DNA of 30,690 nucleotides from Fimbriimonadaceae bacterium. GTDB lineage: Bacteria > Armatimonadota > Fimbriimonadia > Fimbriimonadales > Fimbriimonadaceae. Every line of letters begins with the position of its first letter. Within the stretch, counting starts at the first letter, position 1. Both the position numbers and the translations under genes were made by a program. Positions 9,201 through 17,143 of the stretch are shown in pieces. The stretch covers positions 1 through 30,690 of the forward strand of contig DATFHI010000273.1 of the NCBI GenBank assembly GCA_035248525.1, written 5' to 3'. Below the pieces are notes generated by a model that was not told where the DNA came from, did not search any database, and saw only the letters and a list, made by a program, of their open reading frames with translations.

Positions 9201-10894
9201 GTCACCTTTACGGATCCTTCGCCTTCGAAGTATTTGTCACCCTCGTCGGCGGCGGAGACGCTCAAGGTGTAGAGATAATCGGTGTCGGACCCGTAATTCT
9301 CCTCTTCGGGTTTGCTCGTATCGAATTCGACGATTGCCTCTCCGTTCGCGTCTGAGACGGCCTCGAGGTTATCCAAGCCTTCTCCGGAACCACTGTCGTC
9401 CGAATACATCTCCCCCTCTTCATCCATCCAAGTCCAAGATGGCGCACGGGAAACGTACGCGTCGATCTTCGCACCTACCACGGGCCCCCCGTGGTAGTAC
9501 TCGCATTTGATCCTCATTTGCGCGGGCTCGCCGAACACATAAAAGTCCTTTAGGGGCTCGACGGTGATCTTGAATTCCGGCTTTCGGTAAGCCGCAATGC
9601 TGATGTCGAGGGTGCCTTCACCGCCGGGACCGGTGGTCGTTAATCGATAATTTCCCGGCTTTGCCTCCCGGTTGGTCGCAAATGAGCCATTGAACGTACC
9701 GCGATTGGAAACGTTGAGATCAAAGGACTTAATTAGATTTTCATCCGGGTCTTTAACTTCGACCTTGACTTTCCCCTGTCGCGGGACCGCGAAGTCGACG
9801 CCGCTCAGCACGCGGGCGATCCCCTTGAATTCAATCGTGTCGCCCGGTCGGTAAATGGGTCGATCTGAATAAAGAAAAACGCGGCCCGATCCGGCCTGGT
9901 TATCCCCGGACCGAGAATAGTAGTCCACCAAGGCGACTGATTCGCCTTTCTTGGCCACGAGGAGTTGATGTTCGCCCGCGGTCCGGCCAACGTGGACCGT
10001 GCCCGAAGGGCTCGTAATGCCAACCTGCTTTAATCCCTGATCGGTTGCAAGTCCAATTGCCGCATCTGAAATGGGTTGACCGGACTGCAGGTCGGCCACG
10101 TAGCACATGGTGTCCTTTTCGCCCGACTTGGTGACCATTCCGATCGTCGACACGTTGACATAAGTGCCGCGATCCACATTCTTTGCCCGACAACGCACCC
10201 AGTAAAACCCCTCCGGAAGGGACTCTAGGGAGACCGTCTCGACGAATACGCCTTCGGCATCGCGATTGGAGAAGGAGTGGCTGACAGTGCGGACCTTTTT
10301 GCCGTATTTTTCAGGCTCATCCCTTCGGGACGCGTACCGGGAAAAACCTTCTAGCAGGTCCCTAACGCTTCCCTTCTTGACGATATCCGTCAAATTCAGC
10401 TTGTAAATATCGATGCTGACTTTTTCGGATGCCAAAAAGCCGTCCGCTTGGAAGCTTGGTTGCTCAGAAGGCAAGAACACCTTTTGGCTTGTATTGAGGT
10501 CCAGGTACGGCTCGCTTGGGTTCATCGCGAGCTCGAGAACGGTGGGCTCACCCTCCCCGATGGTGACTCTTTGGCCCTCTAACCGATGTGCCTTCGCATA
10601 AGCGTAAATCTTGTACGTTCCGGCAGGAATATTCTTGATGCTGAAGTGGCCGCTTTCATCCGACGTCATAGTCCGCTGGCGATAGGCGTCATCCTCCTCT
10701 TCACTAATCGGTCCAATGCTCAGAGCCACCCCGCTAATGGCTCGACCATTTTCCTTGAGCATAACTTTGCCTTGGAGCCCGCCCATCGGCACTTCTTCCG
10801 TAATGCCGGCTGATAGCAATCCGCCCGCAATTCCTAGCGAGGCGAGGAGGGACAAGCCCTTGATGGCAACAAGTCCACGGTTCAATCCTTTCAT
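6218..10894 (-). CDS. Bacterial alpha-2-macroglobulin family protein with intact thioester motif
   Basis: 1558 aa. MG2 motif (SDRPIYRPGDTI), DLSLAVVDE, FKDTAFW, LPDNLTTWR, thioester YPYGCVEQT, QHGDGGWGWW, and receptor-binding C-terminus (VEDPVPS, RDDRV, MYDPE). The N-terminal carboxypeptidase-regulatory-like beta domain (SDESGHFSIKNIPAGTY) follows a hydrophobic anchor. Confidence 0.96.
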   Translation of the reverse strand: MKGLNRGLVAIKGLSLLASLGIAGGLLSAGITEEVPMGGLQGKVMLKENGRAISGVALSIGPISEEEDDAYRQRTMTSDESGHFSIKNIPAGTYKIYAYAKAHRLEGQRVTIGEGEPTVLELAMNPSEPYLDLNTSQKVFLPSEQPSFQADGFLASEKVSIDIYKLNLTDIVKKGSVRDLLEGFSRYASRRDEPEKYGKKVRTVSHSFSNRDAEGVFVETVSLESLPEGFYWVRCRAKNVDRGTYVNVSTIGMVTKSGEKDTMCYVADLQSGQPISDAAIGLATDQGLKQVGITSPSGTVHVGRTAGEHQLLVAKKGESVALVDYYSRSGDNQAGSGRVFLYSDRPIYRPGDTIEFKGIARVLSGVDFAVPRQGKVKVEVKDPDENLIKSFDLNVSNRGTFNGSFATNREAKPGNYRLTTTGPGGEGTLDISIAAYRKPEFKITVEPLKDFYVFGEPAQMRIKCEYYHGGPVVGAKIDAYVSRAPSWTWMDEEGEMYSDDSGSGEGLDNLEAVSDANGEAIVEFDTSKPEEENYGSDTDYLYTLSVSAADEGDKYFEGEGSVKVTRGLFDTGVEASDYIGDVGKPVEIKVHASSHAEDKPLSGIAFKIVAGEENWSGDKVHFEPLDTLQATTGPDGSGTVTYTPRKAGSLVFKATAVDEQKHEIESSTYFYVEGAGVPARPGGKLTVTLDKKKYEVGETARALIQTDKPGGFALFTVEADEVLYESVVNLTQSVTIVQIPVTKQFAPNAQVAVAYIREKQFYEAGSSMVLNLSEQKLQVAVVPDREKVLPGQTVTYFVTTKDKSGQPVSADLSLAVVDESIYAIMEDSTDPFIGFFPRRNVSVVTSYSFPEIYLDGGDKGAGNVPIRTLFKDTAFWAPSVQTDATGSARVSVTLPDNLTTWRATVVAVTDRTAVGMATEQVVASKPLMIKLQTPQFMVVQDQQKVTATVQNDTGQAADVRVGVTPTGITLDGQTSQTIRVEPGKPQTIEWTATAQRTGQAELVATAEIAGGANDGVKSTFEVKAHGREFQSSDSGIVKGEASFNVTIRDGADPNSGRLVVSLSPSIASTLVQSLDGLVDYPYGCVEQTMSRFLPAILVDQALGKLGLSRPDLRAKVPAIAADGLTRLAKMQHGDGGWGWWEFDDSDPFMTALVLDGLHRARLAGLRVDQSMIDRALDWSQKRLNSDQGKKDIARDRVYLGFALASNGRTEAAASVLKADSKAWRAPELAIGAMTARLVGNEELAMSFLRKLKAQAKATPQVASWAEEPYSWGQESTALALAALVELDPQSDLIPKVVRYLMTSRKGEYWSSTRDTAYVLIGMTSYLAKTKELSNPNGSLIVSVNGKEVQRVIFDRNSILQPELQVTVPMSELHSGANEVKISQAGNSVCYYTADLKQIIPDDKLGELVASNDLKVERAYYRMEAKRMEDGTLRFRPSDRIVEQIQSGEVIKVVVKIHSGRERQFVMVEDPVPSNCRVTERDEPYEDEEWGWWWARTVIRDDRVSFFARTLPSGDSEFTYFMRAESDGKSNALPTRVGNMYDPEDYASTREIGLEVQPR

Positions 10895-12294
10895 TCAGAA
10901 GCCACCTCGGGCTCAACGGTTTCTGGCTTGGAAACAAATGCGACGAGCGCTCCAAGTCCCAGCGCAACGCCTGCGATCCAATAGAAGGCGATCTGCTTCT
11001 CTTCCCGAGTCAGATCCAACAACTTTGTGAACCAATTGTAGGATACAGCGACGAGAGCGCCGAGCCCCCCGGTCAAAGCGATCGGCAGAATGCTTGAGCC
11101 TCCCCGAAGTCCATCGACGAACGCGGCAAAACCCAATCCCGCGACAAATCCGACGATTCCCTTTGCGCCGAGGACTACGGCCATTGCGACGGGAATCAGG
11201 GCAAGGATAAAACTCCAGATCAATCGTCCGAACCCGGACGTGAGCGATTCGCTCCACCTTCTCTGAACCCATTCCGTAGGGAAAAGCGCGGCGAGCATTC
11301 CAAACGCCATGCCGATAACCGCGTAGTGCTGCCCCAAATCGAGCGCCCGAACCGTATCGGGGTGCGATTCTCTAAGCACGCGGTAGAAAGCAAGGCCGAT
11401 CAATGGACCGGCGGATTGCAGAGCCCGGCCATTCTCCAACATGAGAAGGCTTGCTCCCGCCCCGACGGCGGCAATGGCGATGCCGAACCCCTTGAAGAAT
11501 GAGAAAGCAAGGGTGGCAATGGCGATCCAGATAACGGTTCCAATTAAAAAGCTGAAGGAATCGTTGGAGCCATCCGGCCTGATCAACGTATTCAACACGA
11601 GTCCAACCAGCACGGCGCCGTCGAAAATCATCCAGGCTTCACGGCTCTCAACCAGGCGACTCCCCACGACATAGCCGAGGATTAGGAGAATTCCGACCCC
11701 AAGATATCCGCCAACTCCCGATGAGCGATCCGCTTTTGGCCGGGAAACCAACATCCCGAGCATCGAACTGACCGCGGTCGCCAAACCAAATAGCGTGCCC
11801 GTCATTCCGGCGGGGGTCGTCTCTATCGCCTGCGCTCCCATGAAGTCAGCAGCAAAGCACAGGGCGACCAGCGCCGCAGTTATGAGCGGCAGGGAGTTTT
11901 TCTTTACCAAACTGAAGTCGCTGCAGGTCCAGGCTCCGAATGCAAATCCCACGATCGACGCCATCATCGCGGCTTCCCCATAGGACGGGTCGAGCCAAGC
12001 GGTAATTCCGCTCAAACCGGCGGCAACGCCCGCCGCGGTTGCGGTATGTGAGAGTCGATATCCCTCTGCAATTCGCAGGACAAAGCAGATCGCAACCGAG
12101 ACCGCGAAAGCAACCGCCGCGGGGAGCAATTGACTGAACTGATCCCGCCAAATGTAGCCGCCAATCAGCACGGCAACAATGATCGCGAACGCGGCAAGAG
12201 GATTATTTCGGGCGGGACGGGTCGAGACTGACGGCGAAAGGAGAAAGGCGGTGATCGCGATTCCGAAGGCGATAAGGGGAAATGCCGTGTTCAT
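10891..12294 (-). CDS. Polytopic membrane protein, possibly a degenerate membrane-pyrophosphatase (HppA)-like scaffold
   Basis: 467 aa, almost entirely hydrophobic helices. Segments such as GFGIAIAAVG, IVGFAFGA and LIPVAMAVVLGAKGIVGFVAG recall HppA TM helices, but the catalytic loops are absent. The CDS is secure; the homology is tentative. Confidence 0.6.
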   Translation of the reverse strand: MNTAFPLIAFGIAITAFLLSPSVSTRPARNNPLAAFAIIVAVLIGGYIWRDQFSQLLPAAVAFAVSVAICFVLRIAEGYRLSHTATAAGVAAGLSGITAWLDPSYGEAAMMASIVGFAFGAWTCSDFSLVKKNSLPLITAALVALCFAADFMGAQAIETTPAGMTGTLFGLATAVSSMLGMLVSRPKADRSSGVGGYLGVGILLILGYVVGSRLVESREAWMIFDGAVLVGLVLNTLIRPDGSNDSFSFLIGTVIWIAIATLAFSFFKGFGIAIAAVGAGASLLMLENGRALQSAGPLIGLAFYRVLRESHPDTVRALDLGQHYAVIGMAFGMLAALFPTEWVQRRWSESLTSGFGRLIWSFILALIPVAMAVVLGAKGIVGFVAGLGFAAFVDGLRGGSSILPIALTGGLGALVAVSYNWFTKLLDLTREEKQIAFYWIAGVALGLGALVAFVSKPETVEPEVASE

Positions 12295-12493
12295 ATTTAG
12301 TTTTGATCAAGGGTCGTTTTCGAACAAGATACGCGCAACTCGATGGAGAGTAACGATACTTTTATGCGATTCTTTCAAGGAATGCAATTCCGCACGCTGT
12401 CCAATTCAAGGATGCTTCAAAATTCATGACGGAATCAATCGGCATTTGATGCTCAAAAGCACCGACTTGGGGGCATATCTCACAATAGATTGG

Positions 12494-13657
12494 ATGCGAA
12501 AGATCGCGGTTGGAATTGGATTCGCTTTAATTGCCGCGATCGTCGGCCAATCTTTCGCACCTCTGACCTACTCCACCGCAATCCGTTCGCTCGTTCGAGA
12601 CCATTGCGTGGAATGTCACCGGGACGGGGGCAGCGGACCATTTCCGCTTCAAACCTATGAACAGGTCAAGAGGCGCGGAAGCCTGATCCGCCAAGTCGTA
12701 TTGAACGGCCAGATGCCCCCCATCGACGCGGACTCCGACGTGGCGAAGCTTTCCCGGATCGTGCAAATCAGCCGTGCTAATCTTCGGGAATTGCAGGCTT
12801 GGTTTCGTGCCGGAATGCCAAAAGGCGATACAACCGAACCCATTCAATTCGCTGATTTAGTGGTTCCGGGAATGGTCTCGGTTCAGGTCGGGGCGGACAG
12901 AAAGATTCCCGCTGAGGGCCAAATTGTGAGAATCTACTATCCCGTCGATCTGCCGGATGGGTTCAGCTCCGGAATTAGCGGATTTCGGGTTAAGCCTAAG
13001 AGCCGCCAGTCGGTGCGTCAGGCCATCTTGGCGGTCCAAGCTCCTGGTCAACCTGCGCCTTTCACGGAGTCTGGGTTACGTCCAAACGTTGCGGCGGCCG
13101 CCATGAGCGATGGATACAACGAATGGAAATGCGCGAATGCGCCGTTGCCCGTGCCCAAGGGAGCCCGGCTTTGGATGGAATTGACCGTTATCCCGTCGGG
13201 CAAGTCCGAGTCTGCAGAGGCCACCCTGGAATTGATACCGGCAACGGGTTCCGCGCCAATCGTGAGGACGCTCGGAAGATCAACGTTCGTCGTGGAACCA
13301 GAGTCCCAAGCGGTTCTGCGCGACGAATGGACTCTCGACCGTGACCTTCATTTGGTCTCGGCTCTGCCCCAAGCAAAATTCCGCACCGCCCAATTGCGGC
13401 TATATGCAAAGTCTGACGGTGTGGAGCGGACATTGCTGAGGGTCAACACTTGGGACCCCGCTTGGCCCGGGGCGTATAACTTCCCAATGCCAATTCTGCT
13501 GAAGAAGGGCGAAACCATAGGTTACGAGGCGATTATCGACAATTCCAAGCATGGACATGGCGCCGACAACGATAAAACCGAGCGCTTGGTGTTTGGTCCC
13601 AACGCACAAAATGAGCTGTTTTGGTGTCATCTTTATTTCAGCCCTACGCAACCATGA
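12494..13657 (+). CDS. Secreted c-type heme (CxxCH) plus PHM/DBH-like monooxygenase-fold protein lacking copper ligands
   Basis: Signal peptide, then CVECH (12605-12619), PFPLQTY...MPP, then PHM-like segments (IPAEG, W..W...Y....PILLKKG, DNS, FGP...E). Start at ATG 12494. Confidence 0.75.
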   Translation: MRKIAVGIGFALIAAIVGQSFAPLTYSTAIRSLVRDHCVECHRDGGSGPFPLQTYEQVKRRGSLIRQVVLNGQMPPIDADSDVAKLSRIVQISRANLRELQAWFRAGMPKGDTTEPIQFADLVVPGMVSVQVGADRKIPAEGQIVRIYYPVDLPDGFSSGISGFRVKPKSRQSVRQAILAVQAPGQPAPFTESGLRPNVAAAAMSDGYNEWKCANAPLPVPKGARLWMELTVIPSGKSESAEATLELIPATGSAPIVRTLGRSTFVVEPESQAVLRDEWTLDRDLHLVSALPQAKFRTAQLRLYAKSDGVERTLLRVNTWDPAWPGAYNFPMPILLKKGETIGYEAIIDNSKHGHGADNDKTERLVFGPNAQNELFWCHLYFSPTQP

Positions 13658-14211
13658 TTCTGACTGCTCTCACTCTCGCCGTTCTTGCCCAAGCTTGGCC
13701 AGCTAAGCCAATGGCACCGGTCACCATGGTCGACGCGGCGGGAGTGACACGCCAAATTCCCAGCAAACGCACAGCAACCGTGCTCGTGTTCGTCGCCACC
13801 GACTGCCCGATTGCAAACCGAACGGCGCCCGAGTTGTCGCGGATCGTCAAGAGGTATGCATCCAAATCCGTAGATTTCTTCTATGTCTATGCAGACTCGG
13901 CTCCAACCAATCGGCAAATTCAAAGCCATCTGATTGAATTCAATCTGGGAGCGCCGGGAATCAAAGACGCCAAGCACCTCTTGGTGAAGGCAGTCGGGGC
14001 AATGGTGACTCCCGAAGCGGCAGTGCTTAATTCCCGGGGACAGCTCCTTTATCGGGGGAGAGTCAATGATTTGTTCGTTGAGCACGGGGTGGCCCGAAAG
14101 ACAGCAAAAACGAACGATCTCCGCGACGCCCTCGACCAAATCTTGGCGGGAGTACCGGTGAAGAATCGAGAGACGCCCGCGTTGGGTTGCAGTATTCCTC
14201 CGCTCGATTAA
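13654..14211 (+). CDS. Secreted redoxin (AhpC/TSA-like thioredoxin fold)
   Basis: Signal peptide, VLVFVATDCPIAN, VTPEAAVL, LYRGRVND, LRDALD and terminal GCSI. ATGA overlap with the upstream gene at 13654-13657. Confidence 0.88.
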   Translation: MILTALTLAVLAQAWPAKPMAPVTMVDAAGVTRQIPSKRTATVLVFVATDCPIANRTAPELSRIVKRYASKSVDFFYVYADSAPTNRQIQSHLIEFNLGAPGIKDAKHLLVKAVGAMVTPEAAVLNSRGQLLYRGRVNDLFVEHGVARKTAKTNDLRDALDQILAGVPVKNRETPALGCSIPPLD

Positions 14212-14248
14212 CGTCCGGCCTTGCTAAAATAGCCTTGGATTAGAACCA

Positions 14249-15745
14249 ATGGGAGAAACCACACTCGACAAAATCTTCGTTGGCAAGGGAGAGAACGATG
14301 TCTACTTGCTGTCCAAGTACGGAAACCGGCACGGCCTGATTGCCGGAGCAACCGGAACCGGAAAGACCGTCACCCTGCAAATCCTTGCCGAAGGCTTCAG
14401 CAAGATTGGGGTTCCCACGTTCATGGCCGACGTCAAGGGCGACCTTGCCGGATTGGCTATGCCGGGCGGCGGCAACCCCAAACTGGAGGAGCGCGCCACT
14501 CAAATCGGGCTAACAAGTTATGTTCACGAAAGCGCGCCGGTAGTTTTTTGGGATCTTTATGGCCAGCAGGGGCACCCGATCCGCAGCACGATTTCTGAAA
14601 TCGGGCCGCTGATGTTGAGTCGCATGATGGACCTGAACGACGTTCAGGAAGGCGTCCTCAACATCGCATTCCGAGTCGCTGATGAACAGGGTCTGCTGCT
14701 TCTGGACTTGAAAGATTTGCGTGCGATCCTGGCCGAGATCAGCGAGCATGCCGACGAACTCCAGAGGGAATACGGGAACGTCAGTCCGACGTCGGTAGGA
14801 GCCATCCAGCGGAGCCTACTCGTTCTCGAAGAACAGGGCGCGGCAAGTTTCTTTGGCGAACCTGCCCTGGATATCCGCGACTTCATGAGAACCGGACTCG
14901 ATGGTCGGGGGATTGTAAATGTGCTGGCGGCCGACAAGTTGATGCAAAGCCCTCGGCTCTACGCAACCTTCCTTCTCTGGCTTTTAAGTGAATTGTTCGA
15001 AGATCTGCCGGAAGTTGGAGATTTGGACAAGCCGAAACTGGTTTTCTTCTTCGACGAAGCCCACCTCCTGTTCAACGATGCTCCTCCTTCACTCATTGGA
15101 AAGATCGAGCAGGTCGTGCGACTGGTCAGGTCGAAGGGCGTCGGAGTTTTCTTTGTCACACAGAATCCGATCGACATCCCGGATACCGTTCTCGGTCAGC
15201 TTGGAAATCGATTCCAACATGCTCTCCGAGCCTTTACGCCCCGCGACCAAAAAGCCGTCGATTCCGCCGCAGAGACTTTCCGCGTCAATCCCAAGTTCAA
15301 GACCGAAGACGCGATTACGCAGTTAGGCGTGGGCGAAGCGCTGGTTTCGGTGCTCGAGGACAAAGGAATCCCATCCATTGTCGACCGGACATTCATCCGT
15401 CCGCCCGCCTCAAGATTGGGAGCAATTACCCCCGAAGAGCGCCAGCAGGTCATATTCTCGAGTCCGCTACGCGGTCGCTACGACACTCCGGTCGACCGCG
15501 AGTCTGCCTATGAAAAACTGAAGGTTAAGGCGGAAGCGGCGGCGGAGCAGCAAGCCAAGGCGGAGCAAGCCGCCGCCGAAGAGAAGCAACGCGCGGTAGA
15601 GGAAAAGGCCGCCGCAAAGCCAGCGGGACGGCGCTCCGACAGCGTTTTGGAAGCGCTCGGGAAGTCCGTAGTTCGAAGCGCCGGCAGCCAGGTCGCTCGC
15701 AGCTTGATGCGAGGAATTTTGGGCGGATTGTTCAAGGGAAGGTAG
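14249..15745 (+). CDS. DUF853 / YjgR-like HerA-family P-loop ATPase
   Basis: NRHGLIAGATGTGKT Walker A, ADVKGDL, FFFDEAHLLF Walker B, LVRSKGVG and QHALRAFTP. Confidence 0.93.
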   Translation: MGETTLDKIFVGKGENDVYLLSKYGNRHGLIAGATGTGKTVTLQILAEGFSKIGVPTFMADVKGDLAGLAMPGGGNPKLEERATQIGLTSYVHESAPVVFWDLYGQQGHPIRSTISEIGPLMLSRMMDLNDVQEGVLNIAFRVADEQGLLLLDLKDLRAILAEISEHADELQREYGNVSPTSVGAIQRSLLVLEEQGAASFFGEPALDIRDFMRTGLDGRGIVNVLAADKLMQSPRLYATFLLWLLSELFEDLPEVGDLDKPKLVFFFDEAHLLFNDAPPSLIGKIEQVVRLVRSKGVGVFFVTQNPIDIPDTVLGQLGNRFQHALRAFTPRDQKAVDSAAETFRVNPKFKTEDAITQLGVGEALVSVLEDKGIPSIVDRTFIRPPASRLGAITPEERQQVIFSSPLRGRYDTPVDRESAYEKLKVKAEAAAEQQAKAEQAAAEEKQRAVEEKAAAKPAGRRSDSVLEALGKSVVRSAGSQVARSLMRGILGGLFKGR

Positions 15746-15756
15746 TTACCTTCCCT
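15735..15756. terminator. Hairpin between convergent genes (AGGGAAGGT-agtt-ACCTTCCCT)
   Basis: Perfect 9-bp stem overlapping the DUF853 stop codon. No clear U-tract. Confidence 0.4.
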
Positions 15757-15763
15757 AGTCCTG

Positions 15764-15967
15764 CTATTGAGTCTGGCCCGGGTTGCCACCGGGGATCATG
15801 CCTTCGAGTCGGTCGCCAAGGCCGCCCGGTAACTTGTCCATAAGGCCAGAAGAGCCCAGCCACTTCGGAATGTCCGACATGTGTTCCTGAACGAACTCCA
15901 CTACCTTCTGCGCCTGGTCCCGGTTTAAGCCCACTTTCTCCGTCAAGCCATTGATGAATTCTTCCAT
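15764..15967 (-). CDS. Small hypothetical protein (67 aa, helical N-terminus, Gly-rich tail)
   Basis: Strong SD (CAGGAGG) directly upstream of the ATG. MEEFINGLTEKVGLNRDQAQKVV resembles a widespread small helical family. Confidence 0.8.
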   Translation of the reverse strand: MEEFINGLTEKVGLNRDQAQKVVEFVQEHMSDIPKWLGSSGLMDKLPGGLGDRLEGMIPGGNPGQTQ

Positions 15968-16021
15968 TGGAATCCTCCTGTCAGTTGGACGACAATTTGC
16001 AGATAGGTGGATTCCTGATCA

Positions 16022-17020
16022 TCAGCCGCCTGCAGCTGACAGAACGAATCCTTGGTGGAACGGCGTACCGTCCTGACGGACCGTGGCCCAACGGACCATG
16101 ACGTCTTTGCCCAGCCCCGATATTCGACCGTTCATGATGAACGACCGAGCCGCGTCTGGATCTTGGAAACCCAAATTCGACCAATCCTCAGCGAAAGCCT
16201 CCACTAATCGGTTCCTGAATGCATCATCGAGGTCGGCAACTTTGACGTCTGATTTCCCATCCCACTTGTTCGACGCACCCGTCTGCAACAGATTTAACGC
16301 GTCTGCGGCAATGGCATCCAAATAGGAAGCCTGTTTCCCTTTCTCCAGGTTCCTTTAAGCTTGAAATTCAATGATTGCTTCATCGATCCTGGACATGCCC
16401 ACGACATCGGAATCCTCGTGGGTTTCAACCAAGATTTTTGGGGCCGCGTCCCACATCTCTTCTATCGGCTTGGGAGCGGACTTCAGTTCTGTCGTCGGCC
16501 GCGAATAGGGGGTCACGATATTTTTGGAAACAATCTCCTTCTCGAAATCAGACGGTCCGAGATGCAGTTGGGCCTTAACCGTTCCTTTGGATCCGGTTAC
16601 GCTCACTTTGAGGTTCAAGACCGAGCCCACTTTGAATTCGGGACTGTTGAATGCCTTGCGAATTGATTGATTACCGAAAGGACTTGAAGCGAGCAGAGCC
16701 TCGAGGCCAACTCGCTCCGCAGCGCTCAATTCCGCAACCTTGATTGGACCGTTACTGGCCGCTTTCGCTAACCGATTTGCAGCTAGTTTGAGCAGTTCAA
16801 GAGATGGGGATAGATAGCATTCGTTTTGGATAGCAACCAAACCCCAAGGTTTTTTTAGAATCTTGAACGATTGGGCGAGCTTCGACTCTTCTCCATTTCT
16901 CAGAGCGTCGAATGCAAACTTAGCCGAATCCTTGGACTTTACGACTACAACATAATCTTGCGCCATGCAGACGGATGCTGCTAGCGAAAAGATAAATGAA
17001 ATGTTGAGGAGCTTTTTCAT
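16022..17020 (-). pseudogene. Secreted hypothetical protein interrupted by one in-frame TAA (16355-16357)
   Basis: ORFs 16355-17101 and 16022-16321 are in the same frame and separated by a single stop (…IIEFQA*RNLEKGKQASYLDAIAAD…). Signal peptide MKKLLNISFIFSLAASVCMA from ATG 17020. Confidence 0.6.
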
Positions 17021-17089
17021 TGAACGTACTCGAATTCGGAGGTTTTGGCTCTCCGTGTGCAGTCCCAATCCGCTGCAAGGGATAATGTA

Positions 17090-17119
17090 ATTATACTGCA
17101 ATCAAGCAAATCCATGCAA
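17090..17119 (-). promoter_or_regulatory. Sigma-70-like promoter TTGCAT-N18-TATAAT for the 17020 gene, overlapping a + strand TATACT (17092-17097)
   Basis: Hexamers read directly from the AT-rich divergent intergenic region. Confidence 0.45.
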
Positions 17120-17143
17120 AAGAGATCCTTTAAGGAGGACTAA

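Noticed and set aside
12179-12493. 105-codon N-terminal extension of the heme/PHM ORF in the ORF track
   Set aside because: It overlaps the divergent membrane-protein gene and the promoter region; a proper signal peptide begins at ATG 12494.
15520-15640. Ala/Glu/Lys/Gln-rich low-complexity stretch in DUF853
   Set aside because: An ordinary helical linker at protein level, not a DNA repeat array.
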